In this document: in pieces, positions 1-9,913 of the stretch | How the letters are laid out: each line of letters opens with the position of its first letter | How positions within the stretch are numbered: the stretch's first letter is position 1 | DNA from: a virus | Strand: one strand, 5' to 3' | Length of the DNA: 64,000 bases | Virus record (IMG/VR): IMGVR_UViG_3300010883_019551 | Span: 15,700 to 79,699 of that record | The notes under the pieces: model-generated | The model's database searches: none | Seen by the model: only the letters and a program-made list of their open reading frames with translations | Told to the model about the DNA's origin: nothing | Program-made: the position numbers and the translations under genes

Positions 1-431
1 CTAATCTCAACTGGAATATCCAGTGAGGTTATCATGGCAATTTGCATTCCATGATCGTTCGCCCATTGCAGTGCCTTAAGCACATCACTGGAATTTCCTG
101 ATGAAGATACTCCTAAGACTAAAGACTTTTTCATTTGTGACTTTGTTCTTGTGCCTGTCCTACAAAACAACCACTGTACCATCCACTGATCAAAGCTGGA
201 GTCATTGATCAAAGACGTCGCAACAACAGCGCTTCCGGGGCACATTGCATTTTTAGTTCCATTAGAAAGGCGTGTAATATCAACAGCAGCATGGTCAGCA
301 ACAGCTAAATTGCCACCATGTCCTAACACATAAATGTCATTGCAATTATTAAACTTTTCTTGTAGATCTTTCCAGTCTGGAGTGTTGACAACTCTTACAA
401 ACTTTTCATCAATATTTTCGAAATTAAGCAT
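1..431 (-). CDS. SIS-domain sugar-phosphate isomerase (GmhA/KdsD-like), 3' end beyond window
   Basis: Hand translation from ATG at 431 (not in ORF track): MLNFENIDEKF...IYVLGHGGNLAVADH...LGVSSSGNSSDVLKALQWANDHGMQIAMIT, i.e. SIS motifs GxGGx and SxSGNS. Confidence 0.8.
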   Translation of the reverse strand, partial: MLNFENIDEKFVRVVNTPDWKDLQEKFNNCNDIYVLGHGGNLAVADHAAVDITRLSNGTKNAMCPGSAVVATSLINDSSFDQWMVQWLFCRTGTRTKSQMKKSLVLGVSSSGNSSDVLKALQWANDHGMQIAMITSLDIPVEI

Positions 432-1116
432 TGTCAATTGCCTCTGTGTGTGATTCTATCATTAGCGTTGTGTCCATTCCCAATGCCAGAACTCCGTACC
501 CATCATATTTCGGTATCTCTCTAGCGATATCGGAAGGAATGTGTATACCCATTTTATGTTTCCCAACAGATGATACAACTTTGTCTAGATACTTGTGATA
601 TAAATCATGATCAAACTGACCTGGGATTCCCAAGCTTGATGTTAGGTCATAAGGGCCTACGAGATAATAGTCAAAATTTCGGCTAGCAATTTGTCCTATA
701 TTGTCGACTCCTTTCTTAGACTCAATCTGTGCTATCAATAGGGGCTTTTTTGTATCTAAAGGTTCTTGACCCCACTTATTTTGTCGAACTAGTCCCATGC
801 CTCTTCGGCCGGTGCTTTTTTGGCTTGGGTATAAACACATGCTAGTAATTTTTTCTGCCTGAGCATGTGTCTCAACAGTAGAGAAAATAAGGCCATCAGC
901 GCCTGAGTCTAGACAGATTCTTACCATAGTCACTGTTTCTTCCGCTAATCGAACAAAACATTTCTTTCCAGAAAGCGTCACAACTTGAATACACGATGTC
1001 AATGTTTCATTATTAAATGACCCATGTTCTGTGTCTATTACTACTCCGTCACAATCTAAATTTGCAAGAATTTCACTTACAATAGGCGATGGTATCTGCT
1101 GCCATGTCAGTATCAT
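424..1116 (-). CDS. HpcH/HpaI-family aldolase
   Basis: VIDTEHG, LDSGADG, QIES, VGPYDLTSSLG motifs. Confidence 0.9.
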   Translation of the reverse strand: MILTWQQIPSPIVSEILANLDCDGVVIDTEHGSFNNETLTSCIQVVTLSGKKCFVRLAEETVTMVRICLDSGADGLIFSTVETHAQAEKITSMCLYPSQKSTGRRGMGLVRQNKWGQEPLDTKKPLLIAQIESKKGVDNIGQIASRNFDYYLVGPYDLTSSLGIPGQFDHDLYHKYLDKVVSSVGKHKMGIHIPSDIAREIPKYDGYGVLALGMDTTLMIESHTEAIDNA

Positions 1117-1829
1117 ACAAATAACTCCTCTAGTTTTTTTCTAGGGTACACATGTAAAGCTCCTCCCACAGAGGCATTAAAAATTTTTACGCCCACATTT
1201 TCTGTCATTCTTTTCGCAAGCATATGAGCCTCATGCGAATGTATATCACCGAGTGGGTCATATTTTATAGGATTATACTTGGGGTCAAAATTTGAAGTAG
1301 TAGGCCCAAATCCTAAATCACAACCCAAAAGATATATTTCTTTGAATCCCATATAAGCTGCCAATTGTATACAAGTTAATAGAATCGTGCCCCACTTAGT
1401 TGCTGTCTCCATTGGATTATTTGACCAGTATTCATCAGGGTACGGATAACCTGCTCTTCCACCGGTGGATTTAATCATGTATACGTGATCTAATTTTTTG
1501 CAATCATTGAAAAAGCTTTTTGTTGTGCTATTGATGTCTACAGAATCGCTGTTAAAAAAGCATGGAATTTCTAGCTCGACGTTTTTATTTGCAGACAACA
1601 ACCAGTCATATCGGTAGATATCTGAGCTTACCATAACATAAAAACTGGGGTGCCAATTTCTTTTTTCGTATAGTAGGGATAATTTATTGCACCCAAATGT
1701 ATACTCATCTCGCAGAAGATCTAGATTTGTCTTGTTAAGACTTGGACCATTTCCCAGGATAAAACATCGTTCGCCTTTATGAATCCCTTTATATTCTTTT
1801 TTGTTTTTAACAATCTTCGCTTTTTTCAT
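1113..1829 (-). CDS. Maf/DUF115 (MptE-like fold) ulosonic-acid transferase-like protein
   Basis: CFILGNGPSL and AYMGFKEIYLLGCD motifs; start placed at ATG 1829 rather than 1865. Confidence 0.75.
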   Translation of the reverse strand: MKKAKIVKNKKEYKGIHKGERCFILGNGPSLNKTNLDLLRDEYTFGCNKLSLLYEKRNWHPSFYVMVSSDIYRYDWLLSANKNVELEIPCFFNSDSVDINSTTKSFFNDCKKLDHVYMIKSTGGRAGYPYPDEYWSNNPMETATKWGTILLTCIQLAAYMGFKEIYLLGCDLGFGPTTSNFDPKYNPIKYDPLGDIHSHEAHMLAKRMTENVGVKIFNASVGGALHVYPRKKLEELFV

Positions 1830-2529
1830 TCGTGCCCTCGATCGTCTTCCAGTACAAAATTTCACCTAAAGTGAATTGCCATTCATAGTCAATATCAAAT
1901 GATTCAAGCTCAGGAACAATATAGAGCGCAGGATCAGAATTCTTAAAAGATCCCATCCAAATATTGTCTTTGATTATATCTAGTCGACTTCCGTACATCG
2001 TATGGGCAGCTTCATATGTCGGTGCGACTGCCTTTGTGTTCATTATAGTCTGGCCTTCTGGCCAGGGTGTTACCATACTACCCTTGTCATTCCAAAAATA
2101 GTTTCTTTTGTCAATAACAGCCATAAGACCGCGCTCTTCTTGATCTAGATAAGCTTGAAAAAATCCATCAATTGACGCTGTTTTAAGCAGAGGATTGCAT
2201 GCACTTACTAATACAACATACTTGAACTTGTCCGGCAACTTATTGTGCCACTCGTATATTGTCTGGAGGCTGTTATCATTTGTAGCAGACTCCTCAGATC
2301 TTTCAAATATATTCACGCCGTGCTTGACAGCAACTTCCTTGAGCTCGTTTTCGTATACAGAAACAAAGAAATTTTCTTTTGGTATCACACTGGACGCCAA
2401 TATTTTTTTAATGCCAATCTCAAATAAAGATGAACCGCAAAACTCTCGAAGCATTTTTCGAGGAACGCGCTCAGAACATAGACGCGCCTGGATTATTACT
2501 GCAACTTCATCTACTGATTTCACTCCCAA
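1807..2529 (-). CDS. CMP-ulosonate synthetase-like cytidylyltransferase (NeuA/KdsB family)
   Basis: IIQARLCSERVPRKM N-terminal motif and DIDYEWQF C-terminal motif. Confidence 0.85.
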   Translation of the reverse strand: MGVKSVDEVAVIIQARLCSERVPRKMLREFCGSSLFEIGIKKILASSVIPKENFFVSVYENELKEVAVKHGVNIFERSEESATNDNSLQTIYEWHNKLPDKFKYVVLVSACNPLLKTASIDGFFQAYLDQEERGLMAVIDKRNYFWNDKGSMVTPWPEGQTIMNTKAVAPTYEAAHTMYGSRLDIIKDNIWMGSFKNSDPALYIVPELESFDIDYEWQFTLGEILYWKTIEGTNEKSEDC

Positions 2530-3308
2530 ACTCCTGATAATGCTGTTTTGATCTTGTCATGAGCGTTAACCAGCGTTTCAATTCTGTCAAGATTGATTTG
2601 ACAATCTCCATCGGAGACAGCGGAGGAAGGCTCAGGATGACATTCCGCAAATATTCCGTTATACTGAAACACGTCTGTTCCTAGCAAGAATCTCTCGGCA
2701 AGATCGCTGCGCCCTTGTATTCCATAAACATCTCTGCTTCTTTGGGTTGAGTGGGTGCAGTCAATAAAAACCTTATCATAGTGTTCTTGAAGTACGTCGA
2801 CAATGTCAAAGTCTACCAAGAGTTTGTGATAGCCATGCATGGTTCCACGCTCTGTAATCCATACTTCTGCATTTTCATTGGTCTCACGGACCTTATCAAC
2901 AGAAACCACTAGATTATTTGGTCCTAACCACTGTCCCTTTTTAATATTGACAACATCAAAATGTCTAGCACATTCTACTACAAGATCTGTCTGACGACAC
3001 AAAAATGCTGGGATTTGAATGCAATCAATAGTGCCCGCTAGCTTCTCAACTTGCCAGACCTCATGAACATCTGTGCATAGTCGAACACCAGGATGTCTAT
3101 TTTTTACTTCTCTAAAGATTTCTAGACTTTCCTCTAAGCCCGGACCTCTGCCTCCATGGAGTGAGGTTCTATTGGCTTTATCAAATGATGCCTTCAAGTA
3201 CCAATCACGGCCGTTCATAACTCGAGCTAGCTCGTCAGAAACCTTGAAATAGTTCTCTCTGTTTTCTATAGAACAGGGTCCTAAAACCCATGTTGTCTCA
3301 TCTTTCAT
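2520..3308 (-). CDS. kdsA: KDO-8-phosphate synthase
   Basis: GPCSIE, KASFDKANRTS, QIPAFLCRQT, KKGQ, ERG, DCTHS, ECHP..SDG. Confidence 0.92.
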   Translation of the reverse strand: MKDETTWVLGPCSIENRENYFKVSDELARVMNGRDWYLKASFDKANRTSLHGGRGPGLEESLEIFREVKNRHPGVRLCTDVHEVWQVEKLAGTIDCIQIPAFLCRQTDLVVECARHFDVVNIKKGQWLGPNNLVVSVDKVRETNENAEVWITERGTMHGYHKLLVDFDIVDVLQEHYDKVFIDCTHSTQRSRDVYGIQGRSDLAERFLLGTDVFQYNGIFAECHPEPSSAVSDGDCQINLDRIETLVNAHDKIKTALSGVWE

Positions 3309-3347
3309 CTTTAATTCCTTGTATACACATCAGTTGCGCTCATATCA

Positions 3348-4007
3348 TTATAGCCTGTCTAGGCCTGCTTTGTACACTTTCACACAGGTATTCCAGTCAT
3401 CTTCGTAATCAATGTCTAGAGACTCGGGAAAAGATGTCTCATAAAAGTATGGATTGTTCCCAACACGACGGCCTGTTTTCATAAATTTGTCTGCATCAAA
3501 CATGTAAAAGAGAGAGTTTTCTCTATAAACCTCTTTCAGCTCCTGAGTTGGCAACAATATTTCTGGATCGTGGTTGTGAGGACACATAACTCCTTTTTCA
3601 TTTGTCCATAGGCGTTCTTGTATTACATCACACGCTGTGACAGAATCATGATGTGCTAGTTTAGAAATTGCAGACTTCAAAGTTTCCGGTCTTATAAAAG
3701 GACTCGTGACATGAACCTGACAAATGGGGCCGGCTACTATGAACTGCATTATAAAATCGGTTATAAGACTACAAACAGAAATGTTATCTCCTAAAAGACT
3801 TGGGTTTCGCTCATATCCTCTTACATGGCTTAAGCTGGGATTGTCGGCGATTTCGTCTAATATCTTGTAGCTATCAGTATCAACATATACTTCAAAATCC
3901 CTAAGACGACTCAAGGTATGCACATAAAGTGGAACACCACCAAAGTCTCTAAAGTTTTTATTAGGTACTCTATTAGAATTCTCTTTTATGGGAACAAATA
4001 CCTTCAT
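3348..4007 (-). CDS. Second NeuA-like acylneuraminate cytidylyltransferase
   Basis: VPIKENSNRVPNKN, VTSPF, DIDYEDDW. Confidence 0.85.
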   Translation of the reverse strand: MKVFVPIKENSNRVPNKNFRDFGGVPLYVHTLSRLRDFEVYVDTDSYKILDEIADNPSLSHVRGYERNPSLLGDNISVCSLITDFIMQFIVAGPICQVHVTSPFIRPETLKSAISKLAHHDSVTACDVIQERLWTNEKGVMCPHNHDPEILLPTQELKEVYRENSLFYMFDADKFMKTGRRVGNNPYFYETSFPESLDIDYEDDWNTCVKVYKAGLDRL

Positions 4008-4807
4008 ACATACTTTACCCGCAAGTGTTCTGGCAGGTTAACTAAATGTTCAGGTGTAACTTTGATTATTTCTTCAAGGTGATCTAATTTCAGCTTACTG
4101 GTTTCGAATACTTCCTCGGGGAATAAAAGATTTATGTCACCTACTGATGCTCTGTTGATTGCATCTTCTCTTTCTTCAACAATAGCATGAGCCATCCATG
4201 ATGAAATAGCAGCATCATGGCTAAAACCATCATATAAACTCGGAGGCTCTTCTCGATAGTAGTGAGGTCTTAGACATGATTTAGAATCGTCGCCGCCAAA
4301 GAAGCTAAAGCCGTATGTTGTTGTAGGAAGCCCAGCTGCCTTATGCCCTTCCATGGCTGTGATAACTGCCAGATATCCCGTTGTCCAATTACACACCCTT
4401 CCATCTGATCTTCGTCTAAACTGGCGCTCAGGAAGTACTCTAACTAATGACTTTTCCATGTTGAGAATTGGCGGTCCGATCTCCTTGTACACAGGGCCGT
4501 CCCTTCTAGTGGCATCCCACTTTTTCTTAATCCACACTTCTCTAAACTGGGTTCCGTCACGAAACGCTATTTCATAGTTTTTGGCTCTGGCCCAAATATC
4601 TGTCTTTGTCCCAACATACTCTTCGTAACCTTTAATTTTATAGCTATTGAGCCTAACAACTGTTCGAAATTGATCAATAATTGGGCCATACCTGTTAAGA
4701 AGCACACTTGGTGCGTTTCCGATTATTATACAACCTGATGTCAGATAGTCTAGATCTCCGCCGTATTTTTCTTCCCAGTCTTTCTTTAGTGTTTTGTAGT
4801 CTGACAT
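4004..4807 (-). CDS. GT29-like (sialyltransferase-motif) glycosyltransferase
   Basis: Sialylmotif-L-like CIIIGNAPS...G..ID....VVRLN...VGTKT; S-like TTG; YGF; HYY. Confidence 0.7.
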   Translation of the reverse strand: MSDYKTLKKDWEEKYGGDLDYLTSGCIIIGNAPSVLLNRYGPIIDQFRTVVRLNSYKIKGYEEYVGTKTDIWARAKNYEIAFRDGTQFREVWIKKKWDATRRDGPVYKEIGPPILNMEKSLVRVLPERQFRRRSDGRVCNWTTGYLAVITAMEGHKAAGLPTTTYGFSFFGGDDSKSCLRPHYYREEPPSLYDGFSHDAAISSWMAHAIVEEREDAINRASVGDINLLFPEEVFETSKLKLDHLEEIIKVTPEHLVNLPEHLRVKYV

Positions 4808-5854
4808 TTATTCCTCGCTTAGTTTATCAATTATGTCTTTAGCAGCCATTACACATGTGTCTATCTTTCCAGAGAACACATTTATTATTTTTGGACCTGA
4901 AGATGACACGATGGTGGGTCTTCCATCAGTATCGTCCATGTTAGGTAGCACTGCTCTTACAGTGTACATGGACCCCTTGTATACCGCATCTGATAGAGAA
5001 GGGATATACTCTTTTCCCGTTTCAATAAATTTGGACCAGTTTGATTCAGCCGGATTGATAATAAACCCTCTGTTTAAGTCCTTGATCATGCTAACTGGTA
5101 CTTTGGGAAAGTGTCCTGTGTTGCTATAATGAATTGCGTGTACAACATTTCCCAAAAGAGACAGACCGCTGCGTCCGTACGGATCAACACACATAAAAGG
5201 ACCGTCCATAACAACTATGCTTTTATCCTGAATCTTACGGGGCATTTCTACCCCTATCTTTTCGCATACTTCGAACTGATAGTCAACCCTATTTTCCTCA
5301 TCTAACAGTTCATTAATATTAGCGTATGTACAGTTCAGAACAATATCAAAATTTTCAATATCCTTTTTTGTAAATTTAGTAGCCCAAAGCTTATTAACTC
5401 TAGAGCTCATGAGTCGTAGCCAACATGTATTATACACATTGTGATAGTCTAAGAGGGCTTCCCTTACTTTGACAGTCAATGCTATTTTATCATTATTTAC
5501 ATGCTCAAAGTTGTCTACTACTTCATAATCTAAATTAAACGTGTCACAAAACTTGAGGTACTCATCTGGAGACACCATGCTGCCTTCATTAGAAATGCAG
5601 TAATAGTGATCATAGTCATCTACAACAGACTTCCTATACTCATCTACAAAAAAATCAATTGAATTTAGTAATGCTGTAACTGTCTCAGGACTTCTTGGAT
5701 AATGATATCCTCGGTGAAGCCTTAACTGATTTGTACGAGAGGCAGATGTCATAATGTCTTTTCTAGACTCGTAAAGGGTTACGTCATGTTTATCACTTAG
5801 CTTAAGTGCTATGGTTACCCCAAATATGCCGGCGCCGACAACAGCGATCCTCAT
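4808..5854 (-). CDS. FAD-dependent oxidoreductase
   Basis: VVGAGIFG Rossmann motif, RLHRGYHYPRS. Confidence 0.85.
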   Translation of the reverse strand: MRIAVVGAGIFGVTIALKLSDKHDVTLYESRKDIMTSASRTNQLRLHRGYHYPRSPETVTALLNSIDFFVDEYRKSVVDDYDHYYCISNEGSMVSPDEYLKFCDTFNLDYEVVDNFEHVNNDKIALTVKVREALLDYHNVYNTCWLRLMSSRVNKLWATKFTKKDIENFDIVLNCTYANINELLDEENRVDYQFEVCEKIGVEMPRKIQDKSIVVMDGPFMCVDPYGRSGLSLLGNVVHAIHYSNTGHFPKVPVSMIKDLNRGFIINPAESNWSKFIETGKEYIPSLSDAVYKGSMYTVRAVLPNMDDTDGRPTIVSSSGPKIINVFSGKIDTCVMAAKDIIDKLSEE

Positions 5855-6702
5855 TGTCTTACTCCGTCGATGAACTTTAATATTTTCTTAGATAAATCTA
5901 GATTATTATAGTCCATGTTATTGTCGACTAAAGATAAAAAATTATCCCGCTGTATATCTAAAAGATTGTTGGCAGCGTTAGATGATACTTCAACTTCATC
6001 ATGCGCAAAGAATCCGGGGGTCCACATGTATAAACCGTTTTCTGTTTCATATACTACAGTCTTGTGTCTGGTTTTGCTTTTCCTATCAATATCAATTACA
6101 GCCTCGACTTCACCCATACTGAAGCTTAGAATACATGCGTCGTCTGAAATACTGCTTGATACTAAACTTTTCTCATGAAGATCCGGTGTGCCTAAGCTGT
6201 CAAAAAGTATTGATAGCTCATGACTGGCTAGATTTAAGAGAATATCATTATCAAAACTTCCCCATTTCTTCCAAACAAATGATGCCTTTTGGATCTTTGT
6301 GGTTGTCAAAGCATGCTTAAAAGACATGTAAGCAGGATCTGCAAGATACAAATAGTTTACTAGACAAACTTTATTATCTCGTGCGCATTCGATTCTTTCA
6401 ATATCTGGAACAGATGCGGCGGCCGGTTTCTCTAGCAAAATGTGCTTGTTGTGTTCTAGACACTGCACAGCAATATCTGGCAAATCGTCAATAGGCACAG
6501 CTATGACAATACAGTCAATCTCATCGTCGCCTAGTAGGTCGTCTATAGAAGAGAAAATTATATTGGGAAGTATTGTTCTTATTTTTTCTAGGTTGAGTTC
6601 ATTGCCGGCGGACACTACTCTTTTGACGTTTCTCTTTTTTGAGAAGCTTCTCGCAATATTACGCCCCCAGCGGCCAGATCCTATTATACCGACACTTTTC
6701 AT
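5851..6702 (-). CDS. Gfo/Idh/MocA-family oxidoreductase
   Basis: GIIGSGRWG and LLEKP motifs. Confidence 0.85.
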   Translation of the reverse strand: MKSVGIIGSGRWGRNIARSFSKKRNVKRVVSAGNELNLEKIRTILPNIIFSSIDDLLGDDEIDCIVIAVPIDDLPDIAVQCLEHNKHILLEKPAAASVPDIERIECARDNKVCLVNYLYLADPAYMSFKHALTTTKIQKASFVWKKWGSFDNDILLNLASHELSILFDSLGTPDLHEKSLVSSSISDDACILSFSMGEVEAVIDIDRKSKTRHKTVVYETENGLYMWTPGFFAHDEVEVSSNAANNLLDIQRDNFLSLVDNNMDYNNLDLSKKILKFIDGVRQ

Positions 6703-7616
6703 TAAAACAATTGTAACACGTGCTTGAAGTATTGGTCAATGCAATCTTCCCAATTTTTTGGCTCTAGAGCACTATTTTTTTCGAATTTGTTTTTCTTAAG
6801 TCGGTTTATAAGCTCATCGAATGATCTGTACACATGATTCTGTCCAACCATTTCAACAGCACCACCTGAATTCCACAGGGCATAAGTTGGAATTTCGCAT
6901 GCGAGGCTCTCAATGATATGATTGGGTCCAGGATCGTGTCGAGAAGCAGAAATATACACGTCATAACGGGAAAGCTTTTCGCCTAAGTCCTTTCCGAATG
7001 TAGGTGGAATTATAACAGTATTTTGAAACTTTGCTTTTGTTCGACCGATATAGGTGAATGTGTAATCATTATTGACTTCTAACCACTTATCGAGCATTTG
7101 ATACACATCTTGCCCCTTGAGCGGATTATCGGACCAATGATGCGTTACTAAGTTTATTTTTCCATTATCTAATTTTGGCCTGGGACAGAAGTGTTCCTTG
7201 TTTGTCCCAGAGTACACCACATGATTTCTGAGACATCTCCAATCTTCTTTGGTATGATAGTCCATTATCCAGTTAGAGATAAACACACAAAGGTCTGTAA
7301 CCCCACTGGCGGCGGTTATCACAGGATCTATATCGTTGTCTAAACCTTTTCGTTGATCACACTCATTAATTCTATAGACAACTTTTGTTTGTGGCCGAAC
7401 GGCTTTGTATTGTGCTATCTCATTAATCGATATTCCCATCTCATCATATCTTGGGTCAATCATAAAAATAAGATCAATACTTTCGTCCAGCTGATATACG
7501 GGCGTGAAGCCATACTTGGGTGCATATTTGTGGATAGCTTTAACAAAGTTGTTTCCGCCGCCCCACGGACCTTCTACCGGGTTTCTATTGATTAGTATTT
7601 TTTTGTTTCCACTCAT
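6702..7616 (-). CDS. GT4-like glycosyltransferase
   Basis: GGG N-terminal loop; DPGPNHIIESLAC (GT-B E/D-x7-E type). Confidence 0.8.
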   Translation of the reverse strand: MSGNKKILINRNPVEGPWGGGNNFVKAIHKYAPKYGFTPVYQLDESIDLIFMIDPRYDEMGISINEIAQYKAVRPQTKVVYRINECDQRKGLDNDIDPVITAASGVTDLCVFISNWIMDYHTKEDWRCLRNHVVYSGTNKEHFCPRPKLDNGKINLVTHHWSDNPLKGQDVYQMLDKWLEVNNDYTFTYIGRTKAKFQNTVIIPPTFGKDLGEKLSRYDVYISASRHDPGPNHIIESLACEIPTYALWNSGGAVEMVGQNHVYRSFDELINRLKKNKFEKNSALEPKNWEDCIDQYFKHVLQLF

Positions 7617-8805
7617 CTATTACTCCATAAACACTTTCCAAGTACAGACCGGTTGAATTAAACTCTGCAGCCCCTTCAAGTGTTTCTTTTAGAAATTTGT
7701 CTCTTTCTTCTTTTTTGTCTTCCCACTTATCCAAGACATTAAAGAAGTCCTCATGAACTGATATCGTTCCGTGATAGTTTTCAAAGTTTGCTACATTGCC
7801 CATTTCCCTTATGATAACTGTTGGCTTGTCAACCTGTAAAGCTTTGAGACACATTGTAGAACCATAAGAAATAATACACTTTGAGTTTGATATAAGCCAA
7901 TTTTCTGCATACTCATCTGCTGTTATAACAAGCGGCATATTCGGGTCAAGTGATGCCCTGTTCTTTGTTACCATACTTTGAAGAAGGTGTACTAGAGCAG
8001 CTTCTTCTTTATTTTTTTCAGATGAGTCAATGATTCTGGGCGGGGGTTTTACCTTAAAGACGACTGGAAGTCTATAACGTTGCCACAAATCATTTATTTG
8101 TAAATTTTCAACGATAGTCATATCTGTTGTCATTCCGTCAAAGTCAACTCTATTAAGAACTATAAGAATATGAGAGTCTGTCTTTACCTCTGCTCTAATC
8201 AAATCATTTGAAGGAATTCCTGTGGTCATTATGTGATTATCAATATCATAAGCCTTGAGCCTATTTCTATCATATTCGCCGTAAATACAGAGCTTGTCAT
8301 AAATTTTTCCCTGCTCTAGGGCAACAAACTTCCAAAGCCTTTCATTGTCAACATTGCCATGAATATTAGCAATTACTGGGATGTTTCTTTTTTTCATCTC
8401 TTCATAGAACGGTTCGAAAATAATCTTTGGAACTTGGTGACCTGCTGTTCTGGAGTCGTCGTATATTACACAATCAACATTAAATGTTGAAACCCTATCC
8501 AACTCATTCACTAACGATGTTAATACATTTTCAATATCACTTTCGTACCAAATAGACACGCCTCTTTCATTAGTCACACGATTGGACCAGACTGTGTATG
8601 CATGATCTTTGTTAAGACTATGCATTTCTTCCTTGATAACATCCACCTGGCGATTTTCGTTTATTGAATTCAAATTTGCAGCACCTAAAGCAAGAATTAA
8701 TATATCATGAGTAATAGACAGCTGCTTAATGACGGGCATAATTCTTTCGGTGCGCCACCAATTGGTGCATAAAAATACTATACTACTTCTCATATTGGGA
8801 CTCAT
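7585..8805 (-). CDS. Putative GT-B-fold glycan transferase, paralog of 8783..9904
   Basis: Shares DDSR, PVIANxHGN, GxPxND and SYGSTMCxK motifs with its neighbour; lies in glycan cluster. Confidence 0.5.
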   Translation of the reverse strand: MSPNMRSSIVFLCTNWWRTERIMPVIKQLSITHDILILALGAANLNSINENRQVDVIKEEMHSLNKDHAYTVWSNRVTNERGVSIWYESDIENVLTSLVNELDRVSTFNVDCVIYDDSRTAGHQVPKIIFEPFYEEMKKRNIPVIANIHGNVDNERLWKFVALEQGKIYDKLCIYGEYDRNRLKAYDIDNHIMTTGIPSNDLIRAEVKTDSHILIVLNRVDFDGMTTDMTIVENLQINDLWQRYRLPVVFKVKPPPRIIDSSEKNKEEAALVHLLQSMVTKNRASLDPNMPLVITADEYAENWLISNSKCIISYGSTMCLKALQVDKPTVIIREMGNVANFENYHGTISVHEDFFNVLDKWEDKKEERDKFLKETLEGAAEFNSTGLYLESVYGVIDEWKQKNTNQ

Positions 8806-9904
8806 TAATTACATCATAAACAGCTTTCACATATAAATCTGATGCATTGCAGTCTACACCACCTGTTACAGTTCTATTAAGAAAGTCAATTCTTTCGTTC
8901 TCATACTTTTCTGGATTTAGAATGTAGTCAAAATAATCTTCGCCCATCTTTACTTTTGCGTAGTAATCATCAAAATTTCCGACGTCGCCCAACTGTTCAA
9001 ATATTATAGTAGGAATTCCTGCCTGGATTGACTTAAAGCACATTGTGGAACCGTAAGATAACACACATGCTGCAGGTTCAATCAGCTTAATATCACTCTC
9101 GATCTTGGATATTATATTATACTCGAGTCCTTCCGGAATATTATTCTCTAGCAAAGATATCTCTTTCCGCACACTATGACCAAAGCGATGTTTAAGCTTA
9201 AAAGTTACCGGTAATTTTAGAATGTCTTGGAGTTCTAGTAGGCGCATTCTTTCTAATGTCTTCTTGTCATACAAATACCAGCTGTCTCTTTTGTGTCCAG
9301 GATTTACAAAATTAACAATAACTAAAATTTGTTCATCTGACCTCACTATGTCAGCAGCAGCATCATTATCTGGGACACCACCTAATAAGAAGAAATCTTT
9401 CTTGGTCATGTCTACTAGATTTTGTTTTTCTTTGGGCCCGAATACAAAAAGCTTGTCAAAGAATTTTTCATGCCCGACGGTTAAAACAGCATTCCAGCGC
9501 TTTGGGTCTTCATTACCATGAGAATTAGCAATGACAGGCACACCGTGCTTTTTACACAGTCTATAAAGTTCATTGAGGCCTACTTTGTCTCTAGAATCGT
9601 CAAGTATTACAACATCAGTAAGCTTATGTGGTATGTCTTTCTTAAAGATATTGATACACTCCCCTCGTAACGCAGGTAGGCCGGCCATCGTCCTGACACC
9701 ACTTGAATTTAATACTTTGCTTATTCTGTCTTTGTTCTTTTCAATTATTTCTGTGAATCTATTAGCCTTATATGGGGTTTGATCGCTTACTTGGCCGGCA
9801 CATATTACAATAACATCATGAGTTTCAGACATCTTGAGAACTGCTGGGAACATTCTTTCAGCATTTCTATGAATAGTTGCAATGAATACTACCTTTCTTC
9901 TCAT
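8783..9904 (-). CDS. Putative GT-B-fold glycan transferase, paralog of 7585..8805
   Basis: Same shared motifs; FKLKH and GST motifs recall CMP/CDP-donor GT-B enzymes. Confidence 0.5.
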   Translation of the reverse strand: MRRKVVFIATIHRNAERMFPAVLKMSETHDVIVICAGQVSDQTPYKANRFTEIIEKNKDRISKVLNSSGVRTMAGLPALRGECINIFKKDIPHKLTDVVILDDSRDKVGLNELYRLCKKHGVPVIANSHGNEDPKRWNAVLTVGHEKFFDKLFVFGPKEKQNLVDMTKKDFFLLGGVPDNDAAADIVRSDEQILVIVNFVNPGHKRDSWYLYDKKTLERMRLLELQDILKLPVTFKLKHRFGHSVRKEISLLENNIPEGLEYNIISKIESDIKLIEPAACVLSYGSTMCFKSIQAGIPTIIFEQLGDVGNFDDYYAKVKMGEDYFDYILNPEKYENERIDFLNRTVTGGVDCNASDLYVKAVYDVINESQYEK

Positions 9905-9913
9905 GTAAATAAC

